Assembly (NCBI RefSeq): GCF_006345805.1
Contig: NC_043001.1
Location: forward strand, 99,882,001 to 99,946,000
From: Octopus sinensis
Lineage: Eukaryota
DNA length: 64,000 nucleotides
Direction of reading: 5' to 3'
How positions within the stretch are numbered: position 1 is the stretch's first letter; each line of letters begins with the position of its first letter. The notes below the pieces were generated by a model. That model was given only the letters and a program-made list of their open reading frames with translations. It did not search any database and was not told the DNA's origin. Below, piece by piece: positions 23,808 to 37,644 of this stretch. A program made the position numbers and the translations under genes.

Positions 23808-23979
23808 AGAGTGGTTGTATACTGTCAACTTAACGTGACAGTCCTGTAAAGGAATTACACAAGGACACAGGAAATGTGTCAAGACCGACAGGAATCGTCG
23901 ATGCTTCCTAGGGCTAAACACCGGTGGTGTAATACCTTTACGGGACTGTCACGTTAAGTTGACAGTATACAACCACTCT
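23808..23979. mobile_element. 172-bp MITE-like hairpin with ~53-bp terminal inverted repeats
   Basis: 23808-23860 (AGAGTGGTTGTATACTGTCAACTTAACGTGACAGTCCTGTAAAGGAATTACAC) is the reverse complement of 23927-23979 with two mismatches. No TSD is evident. Confidence 0.9.
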
Positions 23980-24165
23980 CTCTCTCTATATATATATATA
24001 AATATAAATCAAACGAAAGAAGAAGCAATTCCTTCAAAGGGATGTAAACTTTTAGATTGTCAATTGCATTCTCTATTTCATTTAATATTTGTATATAAAT
24101 ATATATATGTACATGCATACATACACACATATGCACATATGTTTGTACGTATGTATGTATGCCGC

Positions 24166-24385
24166 TATTCAGTTTATTTCAAGATTTCTTGCCAATAGAG
24201 AAAGAACCGGTTTCTAACCTAGATCTAAGGCTCCTTCATTGGAATTTCAACATCATCAACAGGGTATTTTTGTATGTATATATGTATGTATGTGCAGATT
24301 TGTATGTTTTATGTATCTATTCTCATGCATATAGTTACACATCTAGACATGCTCATATATTTAAATGATAAACTTCTGATAAACT
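24166..24385 (-). mobile_element. Solo 3' end/UTR of the R4/Dong-like LINE found at 60930-63500
   Basis: The reverse complement (CAGAAGTTTATCATTT…ATGAGCATGTCTAGA…CAAAAATACCCTGTTGATGATGTTGAAATTCCAATGAAGG…TTTCTCTATTGGCAAGAAATCTTGAAATAAACTGAATA) matches 63290-63499. Confidence 0.9.
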
Positions 24386-24959
24386 CTGTATGTATGTATG
24401 TATTTTCCATTATGCTTAGAAGCAATGTATGTTAACCAGAATTTCTAAGCTCAGTCAAAGAGAACAAACCACTCCCAATCCTTATGCAAATGGATTTATG
24501 ACTGGCCCACTTGGACGAGAATAGAGTCATATAATGTATAATAATAAAGACAAACCGAGTAATAATATTTTGAATGCATTTAATACATGCATTTCAGATC
24601 ATTGCGCACTGGCTAAAAGGAAATGCATCTCTTATGCAAGACTTGCCTCAGTGAAGATATTTCAAAATATGAACAAACTGATGGAATCCATTCCTTTATA
24701 TATGGGTCAGGAAGTTTAATGAGGAGAGGACATAACCAGAAGGGGTAGAATATTTATAGAGAAGGGAATGGAAATGAGAGGGAGAAGGAGAGAGAGAGAG
24801 AGCGGGGGGGGGGGAGAAGGGAGGAAAAGAAATTGGTAGTGTAGGTATTTGAGCAGAGAAAACATGAGGGGATGGAACCAGATGGAAAGAAGAGAAGGGA
24901 AAAGGTCAAACAGATAAATAAACCAATAAATAAATGTACCAATAAAAATATGTCTGAAT

Positions 24960-26315
<1,356 letters not shown>

Positions 26316-26345
26316 ATAATGATGATAATAATAATAATAATAATA

Positions 26346-26890
26346 ATGCCCTGATGCAGTACCAGGCATTGACTCTCATGGCTTCTTATCTTAACTGATT
26401 GGAAGTGTTATCATGTACATTGTTTTGTCTTGGTATAAAAGATGGGCTACAGCAAATATTCTGCTCAATACCACAGATTTGCTTGTCAGTTGTTTGACCT
26501 TAACCAGCTGAACTTGTCCCTTGGTGGCTGACGATACATGCATCTCTGATCATGAGCAGAAGTAGTGGGGGAGCATCATAGCCGTGTGTTGAAAAGAATT
26601 CTTAGAGGTTTGGATAATTCACCTCTGGAAACATAGGTGGTTCATTCAACATCCTTAAACAACCCTTATTCAGGGACCTTTTGAGCGGGATGGGTTACCC
26701 GACCAGAAGAAAATTCTAACTGGACTCCACCTGCAAGGTCATGCACTATTTATTTCGATATGAGATCACCATGTTGTGCACATATGGTTGAGATGCATGT
26801 GCCTAGTATACCCTTGTATAACGGGTTGTCATGATGGGTATACTGGGCTTCGTATATTTTACCCCAGTGTCACTTTGATGGCATGAACTG
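26346..26890. mobile_element. ~545-bp non-coding interspersed element flanked on both sides by (AAT)n
   Basis: The complex sequence GCCCTGATGCAGTACCAGGC…GAACTGCTCTCTCACT has no ORF and is bounded sharply by (AAT)n at ~26320-26346 and ~26892-26990. Confidence 0.6.
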
Positions 26891-26891
26891 C

Positions 26892-26914
26892 TCTCTCACT
26901 CAATAATAATGATG

Positions 26915-26977
<63 letters not shown>

Positions 26978-26992
26978 GTAATAATAATGATG
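26892..26992. repeat. (TAA)n microsatellite
   Basis: Seen directly in the sequence. Confidence 0.98.
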
Positions 26993-27480
26993 ATCTGAAG
27001 TTATATGCAAATGATGACAAGGATTTGAATTTGGCCTTGATAAGAGTACAAAAGCTTTGTTCAAGTGTGGTAAACTGACAGCAAATACCACAACCCAACT
27101 TGATCAGAATACATCTATCAAGGACCTGAATCAAGAAGGTTTTTATAAGTATATTTGGATACACAAAAGGAAAGGTATTTAATATGGATCAATGAAAGAA
27201 AAGATCAAGAAAGAGTATTCTAGACATGTCAGAATGGTCCTGAATACTGAGCTAAGTCCCAGAATAGAAGTGCAGCAATAAACTCTTCAGCAGTACCAGT
27301 TGTCCAGTTTAGCCTTAATGTCATCAGTTGGAATCTGAGTGATTTCTAGCACATGGACATAGAGACCAGGAAGCTGCTGGAAGGATGCACCACCCAAAAT
27401 CAGACGTCCATAGCAGGAAGGCAGTAGAGGCCTAATCCAACTTGAAAGGTTCTATAAAACATCCACGACAGGACTCCAAA
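26990..27480 (+). mobile_element. R4/Dong-like RT fragment
   Basis: The segments DLKLYANDDKDL, YKY…, SMKEKIKKEYSRHVRMVLNTELS and GSRGLIQLE match R4-clade RT motif 5 (DDLKLY) to the post-RT region. Confidence 0.7.
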
Positions 27481-27500
27481 TGTACATATAAAGTATACAC

Positions 27501-29660
27501 TGTGTTGTATAGTGAAACTGTATTCCCCTCACCCCTCACTGCCCAGTAAAAAGTCTATAAATGGACCAGTATCAGGTTTCCAAGAGAGGGTAAAGAGTTG
27601 AGAGTCAACAGTTCTAGTTGGTGTCTTGAGGAGCTATTAGCAATAGTTAAACAGAAGTTAGAGTATTACTATTCTGGTATGAAATGGTACAACAATATCT
27701 GATGACTAGCAACTGCTGTGGTTACTAGCTTAAAACAGCAACTACAGTACAACGGTAGTCACACATCACACTAGTTGGAGGAACTCACTTTACATCAGTG
27801 GTGATGAGGAAAGACAAATTTACACAGAGTGAGAAAATAAACATTCACATGGAGAGTTTAAACTAATTCATGTGGAGAATTAAATAACTCGACAAATAAG
27901 AAACAAAAATCTTGTTGTGCAAACTCATGAAAATCGTAAAATATGGAAAACTTGTTAGCTGGGGTAGTTGAGTTGCAAAAACAGCAGCAACAACAACTCA
28001 AGGAACAACAAGAACAACAACAAGGATTTCAGCAGCAAATGTAACAACTAATGAAATTGATAACCAAACCAGAGAATTCATTTTTGTCTGATCATGTAGC
28101 AAATTCCATAAGTGAATTCAAATATGACCCCAAAGAAGGAATAACCTTCAAGGTCTACTTTCAATGATTTGAACAAAATTTTGAAAAAGAATGTCAAGAG
28201 TGGATGAACAAAATGAAAACATGTCTAGTTTTAAGAAAACTATGGCCAGCAGGGCATGAGAAGTATACTAGCCGCATATTGTCAAAAAAAAGTGTCTGAC
28301 ATAAATTTCACTGACATAGTTGATATTTTGTGCGAAATGTTTAGTGAAAAGAGCTCACTGTTTAATACTAGATGGAAATGTTTAAAGATAGAAAAGAGTG
28401 AGGATGAAGACTTCACTACTATCACAAGCAAAGTGAACAAAGAATGTGAGAGATTTAGGCTGAAATGCTTACTTCAGATTCTTTCAAGTGTTTGATTTTT
28501 GCAAAAGGATTGACAGATAAAAGGGAGCAGAAATCTGAACGAAAATTCTAGCAAAACTGGAAACAAATCAGGATTTGATATAGCAGAAACTGTAGAAAGA
28601 CTGTGACATGATATTAAAATTAAGGCATGACGTGGAAGAAATTCAACAGAAAAAGTGTTTTCACATAAGACCAGTGCAAAAAGGTCGGAAGACAGAGTGT
28701 TGCAGGAAGAGCAGAAAAAATATCGGGATGTAGACCCATGTATGGCATGTGGTGGGATGCATCTGAAAACAGATTATCCATATAAAAAAGGAAAGTGTTT
28801 TCATTGTGGGTCTACAGGACATATAAAATTCCACTGCAAAACAAGAATGATAGGAAAATGGAACAAACAAGAAAAAATAAATAGTTTGTCAGCAGGAAAA
28901 GTTGTGACTACAACAAATAGAAAATTCGTGAATGTGAGAATTGAAACCACTAGTGTCAGAACGCAATTAGATACAGGAAGGGATATCACAATTGTAAATG
29001 AGAAAGCATGGGAAAAAACGGGTAAACCAAAATTATGGTGTCCAAACAAAATAGCGTATGGTGTCACAGGAAGAAAATTATATTTCATAGGCAAACATAT
29101 TTGTAATATAATGTTCAAAGGTTGAACCTAAAAAGTGAATGTTTATGTGTTGAAAATATCCATGAATTTATTTGGCATGGAATGTATGGAGAAATTTAAT
29201 TTATGGAATACACCAATAAGTGTTTAGTGCAATAACGTAAATGGAGCAGTCAAACGATCGAATGAGGTTGATGAACTGAGACAAAAAATTAAGAGAAACT
29301 TTCCCAAAAGATTTTTTGGTAGGTTTACACTGTTGCACAAAAACAAACAAGGATTGCTATTAAAGAAAATTCAACACCTATTTTCAGTCCCAAATGGAAC
29401 ATGCCATTTGCAATGGTAGACCAGATCAATAAAGTACTAGAAAGGCTGAAAAGCCTGAATATAATTGAAAAGATTGAACATGCTGACGGGGCAGCCGCAG
29501 CAGTCTATGTAAAAAAAAAGAAGCTAAGAGTGGGCACAAACTTCTCAACTGGATTAAACAAGTGTTTTCTCACACACAATTACCCACTACCAAACCCAGA
29601 AGAAGTATTTGCTAAACTAAACAGAGAGAAAATTTTCTCAAAATTAGACCTCTGGGAGGT
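27501..29660 (+). mobile_element. Decayed Gypsy/Ty3 LTR retrotransposon (Mag-like): 5' LTR, PBS, gag, protease, start of RT
   Basis: The LTR runs TG…CA from 27501 to 27797, with a PBS-like TGGTGATGAGGA at 27799-27810. Gag reads EFKYDPKEGITF…LFNTRWKCL…VNKECERF, with knuckles CMACGGMH and CFHCGSTGHIKFHC. The protease reads QLDTG, and RT starts KLRV..NFSTGLN…YPLPNPEEVFAKLN..KIFSKLDL. Confidence 0.92.
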
Positions 29661-30027
29661 CTAATTTTGAGAAATGTCTGGTCTCCTAATCTCGCCAATT
29701 TTAACCCCAATGGATTACTATGTCTGAGGTGTAATTGAGAAAGATATCAACCACAGTGCTTCGAACACCAAGCCAGACCTGGTGGCCATGATCAAAGAAG
29801 TGTTCAAAAATCTTCCTAAGGACACAGTGTGGGATGCATGCATCAGGTTCCAGAGCCATCTTGAAACCCTGGGGGAAGCTGAGGGTTGTTATTTTGAGTA
29901 AACTGTCAACTCCCAGCCATAATCCAAGTTGATAGCTTTTTGATTTTTCAAAATATATTTAGATGGGATATTATACTCTCTATTCCTTTTATGCAATCTG
30001 TCAGGTTTTGACAGACTGACCTGTGTA
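29660..30027 (+). mobile_element. 3' end of a Tc1/mariner-superfamily transposon with right TIR and TA
   Basis: It reads WSPN…NPMDYYV.GVIEK…IKEVF…ACIRFQSHLETLGEAEGCYFE* (compare WPPNSPDLNPMDY…GGYIE). The end …GACAGACTGACCTGTG|TA lies at 30025-30027. Confidence 0.8.
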
Positions 30028-30267
30028 TGGGTATATATATTGAACATACATGCAAAACATTCACTTTTTAAGTTACTTTATAAATATTTTTGTTTTCAGT
30101 TGCTTTACCATATTTGAAGAGTTGAGTATATTTTTCTTGCATTGAAAAGCAGAATTTCATTCAAAAATTTACTGTTGTACATTTTAAAATTTCAAGTCAT
30201 ATAACCTTTCTCTTGTTATACAAATGCCTTTTTGTCTCCTGACATAGTTTGTGTTGAACATCAACAG

Positions 30268-30463
30268 GTTGTATTGTCAAGAGAAACAGAAAAGAAATAT
30301 GTATATATAATGCGATTTGCAAACAGAAGAAGAAGGCAGTAAAAACAGCAACAATGAAAACAATCTTTACAAGCATCATTGATGAGCAAATTAAAAGAGA
30401 AAGTGAAAAACCTGTTGCAGAATGGCATGTCTTTAAAGAGAAAGCATTTGTACGATGTAAAAG
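30268..30463 (+). CDS. Candidate coding exon (…KKAVKTATMKTIFTSIIDEQIKRESEKPVAEWHVFKEKAFVRCK)
   Basis: A 196-nt open frame lies between the AG at 30266-67 and a weak GTTCAG donor. Alternative boundaries exist. Confidence 0.3.
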
Positions 30464-31059
30464 GTTCAGTACATATTTATTTTAAAAGATTACAATAAAA
30501 GAAAATAGACAACAACAACACAATTTAATAAAAATAAAACGAGAGAAAATTAATGTTCTAATATTACAAAAGATAGAGATAAAAGAGGGGGATTTTTTAA
30601 ATTTTTTATTGTTGGCAATGTGTTTTCTTTTTACCATATATTAACATGTTTAAATTTTTCTTAATTCAAATTTTTTTTGTTTCTAAAAAATTTTCTTGTT
30701 TTATTTTTTATTGATTATCTGTGAAGAAGTATCATGAAAAGTCAAGAAAAACATTCATAGCATATTGTAAGAATTTTAAAACACACACATTAGTCTCACA
30801 CACAACACACATGCAAACATCATAAGTGTTCTCTCTCCCCCACCAAACCTTTTAATTTACAGAAAAAAAATGAAGAAAAAAATATTTTAAATCCTTTTAA
30901 TTGGTGAGTTCATTTTTAAATAAGAATATTTTTTACTTCAACACAGAAATAGCATCTATTTCAAAGAAAACATTTCAAAATGGCAATGGAAGAGACAGAC
31001 ATGAAGGATAAAGAAGATGAATTTAAAGTTAGTTGATGGATTTGCTATAAGGAATACGT

Positions 31060-31150
31060 ATACTTGTGCAGTATTTTACATCACAAGCACTAACAATATG
31101 AATCCCACCTTCGACCCTCTTCCCACACATTCTGCAGAAGTTTGCATTAA
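31060..31150 (-). mobile_element. R4/Dong-like CCHC knuckle remnant
   Basis: The minus frame FCRMCGKRVEGGIHIVSAC is homologous to RMCGNVVESRIHIVSAC at ~25650. Confidence 0.7.
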
Positions 31151-31199
31151 AATGGAATACAAAAAAGGAATAAAAATATAAGGGAACTATGCTGATGTC

Positions 31200-32572
31200 A
31201 ATCCAGCTTATAGAAATTATGAAATGTAGAAGTGAAATACATGCCAAAGTCTGACATCCACATTGAAAAGTTTCAACATGACACCATTTATGCAAACACA
31301 GACATCTGGGCATATTGTACAGGGACTTGCAGCAACCAAAAGTTTTTCATTTATCACAGACTCCTGCAAAACCTTGCACAGCATATCCCACAGCATGCAA
31401 TCACATGCCTTTTCAAGGTCTACAAAGCAAATATGCACCTTTTGGCAATATTCCCTCAATTTCTCAGAGACCTACAGCAGAGTGAATATCTGGTTCATTG
31501 TGCTGTGTCCATGATGGAAAATACATTGTTCATTAACAAGAATTTGGGCTTGAAAATTTCCCTACATCTCTTTCCCAAGCACCTAGTATAGACTTTACTG
31601 TGGAGGGTCAACAAAAATATCCTTCTATAATGAGAGCACTGTCTCTTGTCTCCTTTAAAAATTGGGGTTATTACCCCAAATTGCCCTTGCTTTGGTGTCT
31701 TTCTAGATGTCCAGGTCACTTGGCATACACAAGTCAATCAATGAATTTCTTCATAGATAAAAGGCTTCTAACATTTCAGGCTGAATTTCATCCTCTCCAG
31801 CAGCATCTTGTGTCCTTCAGAAGAATTTATCATGACCGAATTTAGGAGATCAGCTAAGTTTTCTTTCCACTTCACAAGAATGCTCTCTTTTGTAGAGAGA
31901 AGGATCCTAGCTGTGGTCTTAATGGCAAGTGTGGAAGAGGGCTTCTGCCAGAATGCTTTATTTGCCAATTCAAAGTCAGTGACTCCGAAGTCCTCCCATA
32001 ATTTAGCTGTGTCATTTCTAACGTCTCTGCTGCAACTTTTCACCCTTCTGTTTACTGTCTGTACAAAAGGGGAAACTTGTCTCCAAGCCATGCTATGTCC
32101 AGCTTCCTTCTTTGTTCAGTTAAATTTCCTTTACATTACTATCCTCACCTTTGGTCATGAATGTAAGGACTGAAAGAGTACAATGACAAATACAAGTGGC
32201 TGAAATGGGGTTCTTCCATGGGATCTCTGGATTAACCTTATACTAGAGTGTGCTGCATAGTTTGCAGATGAAGGAGTCTCTCCAGGAGGTCGAGCTGCTA
32301 CTTTTCTGCTGCTATGGAGATGTGATGAGAATTTTGCAGAAATGAATCACAAGATGGATTCTTCAAGCCATGCCAAAAAGCAGGAGACCTAAGGATAGAC
32401 CAAGAACGAGATGGTTGCATAATATCCATAGTCTTCGGTTGTCACACTTGGGAATCTATCCAGAAAATCTAATACCAGCTGCCTCTGATAGGACCTGATG
32501 GAAGAGGTAGCTGAGGATTCTGTCCTAACGTCCCTCCCAGGAATAGTGATCGGAGAAGATGGATGGATGGAA
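31200..32572. mobile_element. RTE-clade LINE copy with an inverted 5' segment (minus 31200-32132, plus 32138-32572)
   Basis: The minus part reads LANKAFWQ…, ITPIFKGDKRQCSHYRRIFLLTLHSKVY and REYCQKVHICFVDLEKACD. The plus part reads ILTFGHEC…ERVQ.QIQVAEMGFF…GLTL, and ends in a GATGGATGGATGGA tail. Confidence 0.8.
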
Positions 32573-33095
32573 GACAGACTGACCTATGCTTTCCAGGCAA
32601 GAGACTGGAGAAATGCTTCAGTTTGTTTGACCTCATCAGTACAGGGCAATGTACTGAAGCCTGAAGATTAGTGGATAAGGATGTTATATAACACAATTAC
32701 AGAATAAAACGACAGAATGTGAATAGTTCAGTTAAAGTTGATATACTGAATAGGATAAGCTACAAATTCCTAATTTTTTGAACTTCTCTCAGTTGGAGAT
32801 TTTGTAAATTTTGTGTATTTATGCGTGTGATGTAGAAATATCAGAAAAGAAACAAGAATATATTATTTAAGGTACAGAAAGAGTCTCAATTTATTTAAGA
32901 AGAGGTTTTGGTAATTCATATGTCTTTAGTAGGGACTGATTGCTTCACTAATGATCAGATTGCATAGATATTTTCATACATCATTAGTTATTTAGTAAAC
33001 AAGTTTCTAGAAATAGTAAGATCATCTTTAAATATCCTCATTACAAACTTAAGAGAGAAAGTAGTGTATTTCAATTAGTGATATTACTGTTTTAG

Positions 33096-33148
33096 GTTAT
33101 TTGTAGGAAATGAGTGGGGTTACGATCAACTGGAAAGCCTCGAATTTG
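33096..33148 (+). CDS. Candidate coding exon (LFVGNEWGYDQLESLEF)
   Basis: The acceptor ATATTACTGTTTTAG is good, the frame is open and two CpGs are retained. The donor is GTACCA (33149) or GTTTCC (33157). The phase is compatible with the 30268 candidate. Confidence 0.4.
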
Positions 33149-33359
33149 GTACCAAGGTTTCCTTGTTGCATAACAGTCACAGAAAAATAAGATGAGAAGA
33201 TTTAAAAATACTAAACACAAGACAAAAAATCACACAAGAAACAACAAAGGACTGAGATGTCTGGCAATATAAGGTCAATGAGAAAATTTGTCCAACTAAA
33301 TTCTGGAAGCCCTGTGCATATATAACACACACACACACACAAGTAAAATCAGAGTCATG

Positions 33360-33560
33360 GTAAATACTGGTGTCATGCCAGTGGCACATAGAAGCGCTCA
33401 TTACACTCTTGGAGTAGTTGGAATTAGGAAGGGAATCCAGTCATAGAAACCATGCCAAATCAGACTGGAGTCTGGTGCAGCCTCTCAGCTTGCCAGCCCT
33501 GGTGAAACTGTCCAACCCATGCCAGCATGAACAACAGATGCTAAATGATGATGATGATAT
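33360..33560 (+). mobile_element. RTE-tail/SINE-like repeat
   Basis: GCCAGTGGCACATAGAAGC…TACACTCTTGGAGTAGTTGG…AAACTGTCCAACCCATGCCAGCATG…AAATGATGATGATGAT. Confidence 0.85.
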
Positions 33561-34589
33561 GTGCACAAATAGATACCTCACTCAATCAATCTCCTTTTCA
33601 CATTATTTTTCCCCTGTTAACTGCATCCTCCTAGCTTTTCTGTTAGCATCACTCAATCTTCTTCAATACATGCACCACTGGCCCTCCCACTCCCTGTGTC
33701 CATCACCTGCTCCATTCACCCCTCAACCCTACCTAATTCCTCCCTTCTCTCATTTCCCCTCTCTCTTGCCTCTCTACCATACACCCTTGCATATCCTCAC
33801 CCACACACAGTTGGAAATTTTCTTGGACACAGGAGTCTGTTGATTATTTATAACAAACACTGTGGCAATTTCAACAATTACAAAAGAAAACTGTGGATTT
33901 TATGTCAAGAGATCAACAACAACATCAATAAGCTTTAAAACAATAGAAATATCCACTATAACAGAGTATTTTTTAAAGCTAGGTTTATTCAAATTGAAAA
34001 TAATAAAACTATAGAAATAAAAAACAATACCAGATATTTGCAAGCATTTTGTTTTCATAATAAACATACATCGAATTCTATCAAAAGCAATTGAACCAAT
34101 CTACCAGTAACTAATTACTATTTCATTTTTTAAATCTCTGTTAAGCAATTAATGCAACAAAATTTTAAAATTGATGAGTTGTATATTAATTCATTTTTGC
34201 TGTCTAAAGAAGTATGGAATTCACCCACAGCAGGAGAGAATTAGTAAAGGAGGTAGTAAAAGAGGGTGAAGAAACACACACACACACACACACAGATTTG
34301 ATAAAGTTTTCTTACCTAGAAAAACATATTCTTTAAAAAAAATTATTAATAGATGGATTACTAACAAGTTGTGCAGTAAGGTATGAAGCACTAGTTTTCT
34401 TATTGCCTCTAGACAGGCTTCTAGAATTGACCAAAGGGCTGGAAATAGTTGTGCAGTGGCAGGGGTAAAAAACTGCTGTAAACTTTCTGTTTAAACAAAT
34501 ATAAACTGTTTACAGGGAGAAACTTTAAGGTTGTTTGTAACAAGAAAATTATTTTTAAATGGAGACAAACATAATATGTGCACGTCTAT

Positions 34590-34742
34590 TGAGACGTCAA
34601 TTACATCAACCCCAGTGTGTAACTGGTACTTAATTTATCGACCAGAAAGGATGAAAGGCAAAGTCAACCTCAGCAGAATTTGAACTCAGAACGTAACGGC
34701 AGACGAAATACGGCTACACATTTCGCCTAGCATGCTAAGCTC
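34590..34742 (-). mobile_element. tRNA-derived SINE head with a Meta/MESC-like central domain
   Basis: The reverse complement has the B-box-like GAGTTCAAATTC followed by GACTTTGCCTTTCATCCTTTCTGGTCGATAAATTAAGTACCAG. The domain name comes from my memory of published consensuses and is not verified. Confidence 0.7.
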
Positions 34743-35699
34743 ATCATTAATCTTGGGTGTTTCTACTACAAGAATTTGGAGAAAATTTCTAATCTGAGGA
34801 TAATTCAATCTTATTTTGCTTTATTCTCTACACCATCAATCTATGACTCTGTTTTTTATTTCACTTTTTCTTACCATTGTTAGAAGCCCTGCAAAACTCA
34901 TGGCTGCTGCTGCTCCTTATTTGACCAAGATTTTAAAAGTATTATGTCTAATCAGATTATTAATGTGTGTGGGTGTTTTTGAGTTTATTAATTTGTTAGT
35001 TTGTTTTAGGCTTGATGGTTAAGACCATCTTGAAGTATAATTCTCTATGTGCTTGTGTATATTAATATAAAAGAAAATATTTAACAAACCACATTGTTCA
35101 GATTGTCCAAAGGAAATGGAAACCATCACTTACCTAGAAAATAAACAAAAGAAAAATTAAAATGAAATCATTGGCAAATAAATATTTAACCAAATTTCTT
35201 CACATTAACAACATCAATACAAAAAATAATTAAGGACCTGTATTCTATGACTTTTTAGTTATGACAGGGTGTTTGGTTGTTTGTTGGGAATAAAAGAGTG
35301 CTACTTCACTGTTCAATGTTATATGGTGCATTCTTACCATTCTTAGGCATTTTAGTAAAAAATTGTAATACTGAAATAACAGTGGATGTTATTGTTTCTG
35401 AATTTGATCTTCTTGAAACAGTCAATGATATCGTGTAGATATTATGCAAACAGAATTTAGTGACAAATAATGTTAATTCATCGGGAATGAATAAGCATTA
35501 TATGTATATATTTTTTAATCTGATATTTTATTTTAAACTAGCAGGAAGTATTTGACATTTTTGAGGTTCAGAAATAATTAAAGAAAATTATAATAATCTT
35601 TATAAAATATCTAGTATTCCTTCAGTTTTGAAAATCAGTCACCTTTCAAGTTTGAGATTCTTTATCTTTAAAGAAATATATAGTGTTTGAAGATATAGA

Positions 35700-36100
35700 A
35701 TTGACAGAAGGAGCAATGATTAAAATCCACACCATCTTACAGTGTAGCATTCTTGTAAGATGCTTCCTTTGTGGGTGAAGAGTAGGAATGAAAGCTAACA
35801 GGTGGGTTATCTTAGCAAGAGTCAGTCAAAAGAGAAGGCATTGTTAATATCAAGAGTTCCAAGAAGTAATTGTTTTCAAGATCTTCACAGAGGAGAAACC
35901 AATGAGAGCAAGTTTTATGTAGACCTGAATATGTAGAATCCATATTGTTGTTCAGTGAGAAGGTAGAAAGATTGGGGATGACAAAGGAGGAAGTGTTTAT
36001 TTATGAGTGTTTGTAGTGACTTTGAATTGTTGGGAGAGTCGGGTCAGCAGGGTTAGGGAGGTTGCTTTACATGGAGATGGAATTTATTGTTTTGTGTTTC
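35700..36100 (-). mobile_element. Highly decayed CR1/Jockey-group RT fragment
   Basis: The minus frames give EQQYGF…RST and LDINNAF, similar to QYGFR..RST and LDISKAFD. Confidence 0.45.
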
Positions 36101-36354
36101 CAGAGATGATGATAAAAAAAGAAAATTGAATAGTTTGTCATTAATAGGAGGTAACTCCAGGAACATATTCTTTGAGGGTAATGAAAAAGATACTGCCGGG
36201 ACTAACTTTGTTCTAGGGTAAAATATTTTATAAAATAATATATTCTCTCAAAAATACATTTTCTTCCTTCACCTCAGTCCAAAATTCTAGCTTAGAAAAT
36301 AATGTTGAATCTAACATCTTGTTTGTAAGCTATGATCCTGATTTTGTCTTTCAG

Positions 36355-36419
36355 AAAAACCAAATACAAAAACAGAAACCAAATAGAGAAGTTTTCATTA
36401 AGCTTATTAGATATGTCAG
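36355..36419 (+). CDS. Candidate coding exon (KNQIQKQKPNREVFIKLIRYV)
   Basis: The acceptor GATTTTGTCTTTCAG is strong and the frame is open, but the GTTTAC donor is weak. It is phase-compatible with the 37645 candidate. Confidence 0.3.
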
Positions 36420-37063
36420 GTTTACTTCTTGGGAAAAATTAACTTTGGAAGTGACACAATACAACCAACATTTAAATCTGTATTTCAGACTTGTTAAGTG
36501 ATGTTCCATTAAATATTTAAGACATTTTATGTTGGAAAACAATATTTCTCAGATCTATTTCAAAAGGAAAATTAGATGATGTTTCTGTATAATTCCACTG
36601 CATTTTTTGTCAAAGTAATCCAAGATACAGGCTGCATCTAATCAACGTTACTACTTCTATTGTGCCAGACAATATCATAAGGAACAGTTGCTCATTGATG
36701 AGAAATATTCACACAAGGTTTGAAACAAAGTTGCTCTGATGAAAATAACAAATGTCTGAGATACAGACGTCTGGTCCTCTCAAAAGAAATAGGATGCCAT
36801 CCAATGTAGCATGATGTTGGATAAGTTAGTGCACTGACTTAACCAGCACCAACTGGCATGTTTCTGCTCAGCCTCTAAGCCTCACAGCAGAGCCTGGCTT
36901 AGTGTGCTGCCATCACTCTCGTCTGGCACACAGCTTGATAGTGATTGTCCATGCACCAGCGTTTCCTTATATATATATTTGTATGCATGTATATGTATAT
37001 ATATATATGTATGTATATATATGTATATATATATATATATATGTATATATATGTATATATATA

Positions 37064-37111
<48 letters not shown>

Positions 37112-37114
37112 GTA

Positions 37115-37330
37115 CGTATATTTGTGTGTCTGTGTTTGTCCCCCCACCATCATTTGACAACCAATGTTGGTGTGTTTATATCCTTGTAACATTAGCAGTT
37201 CAGCAAAAGAGACCGATAGAATAAGTACTAGACTTACAAAGAATAAGTCCTGGAGTCGAATTGTTCGACTAAAGGCAGTGCTCCAGCATAGCCACAGTCA
37301 AATGACTGAAACAAGTAAAAGAGAAAAAGA
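37115..37330 (+). mobile_element. SINE body/3' part (second family)
   Basis: GTGTCTGTGTTTGTCCCCCCACC…GACCGATAGAATAAGTACTAG…GGCAGTGCTCCAGCATAGCCACAGTCAAATGACTGAAACAAGTAAAAGAG. A short tail relative occurs at ~2640-2690. Confidence 0.75.
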
Positions 37331-37644
37331 ATGATAACCAGAAAGAAAATATTGTCCAACTTTTGAAGAGACACGAAACGAAGCAAAAGATTTACAATGG
37401 AGTCAAACTGATTAAAACACGAGCTGTCTTACACACACACACACACACATTATCACTTAAATAATCAAATGGATAACAAATTTTACTCAAATGCAAATGT
37501 TTCCTTTCTTAATTTTCTTAAACAAACAGCAACAACAATATTCTTGCTTGGTCATTATGAGACCTCATTGAAGCTAAATTTTGTTTAACATTCTCTTAAT
37601 AGACAAAGATTTGCTACTGATTAAGTTTTTCTCATCACATTTAG

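Noticed and set aside
27695-27740. CTGATGA in the Gypsy LTR (others at ~5570, ~39697, ~59926, ~62190) as hammerheads
   Set aside because: No stem II plus GAAA arrangement follows these cores.
34875-34916. Minus-strand mini-exon GAAAAMSFAGLLTM with GTAAGA donor
   Set aside because: The acceptor is poor, the segment is very short, and no compatible neighbouring exons were found.
33096-35432. Faint resemblance of RCKRLFVGNEWGY…SEFDLL to the N-terminal region of NWD/TEP1-type proteins
   Set aside because: The spacing does not fit and it depends on a hand-built splice chain, so it is not supportable without a search.
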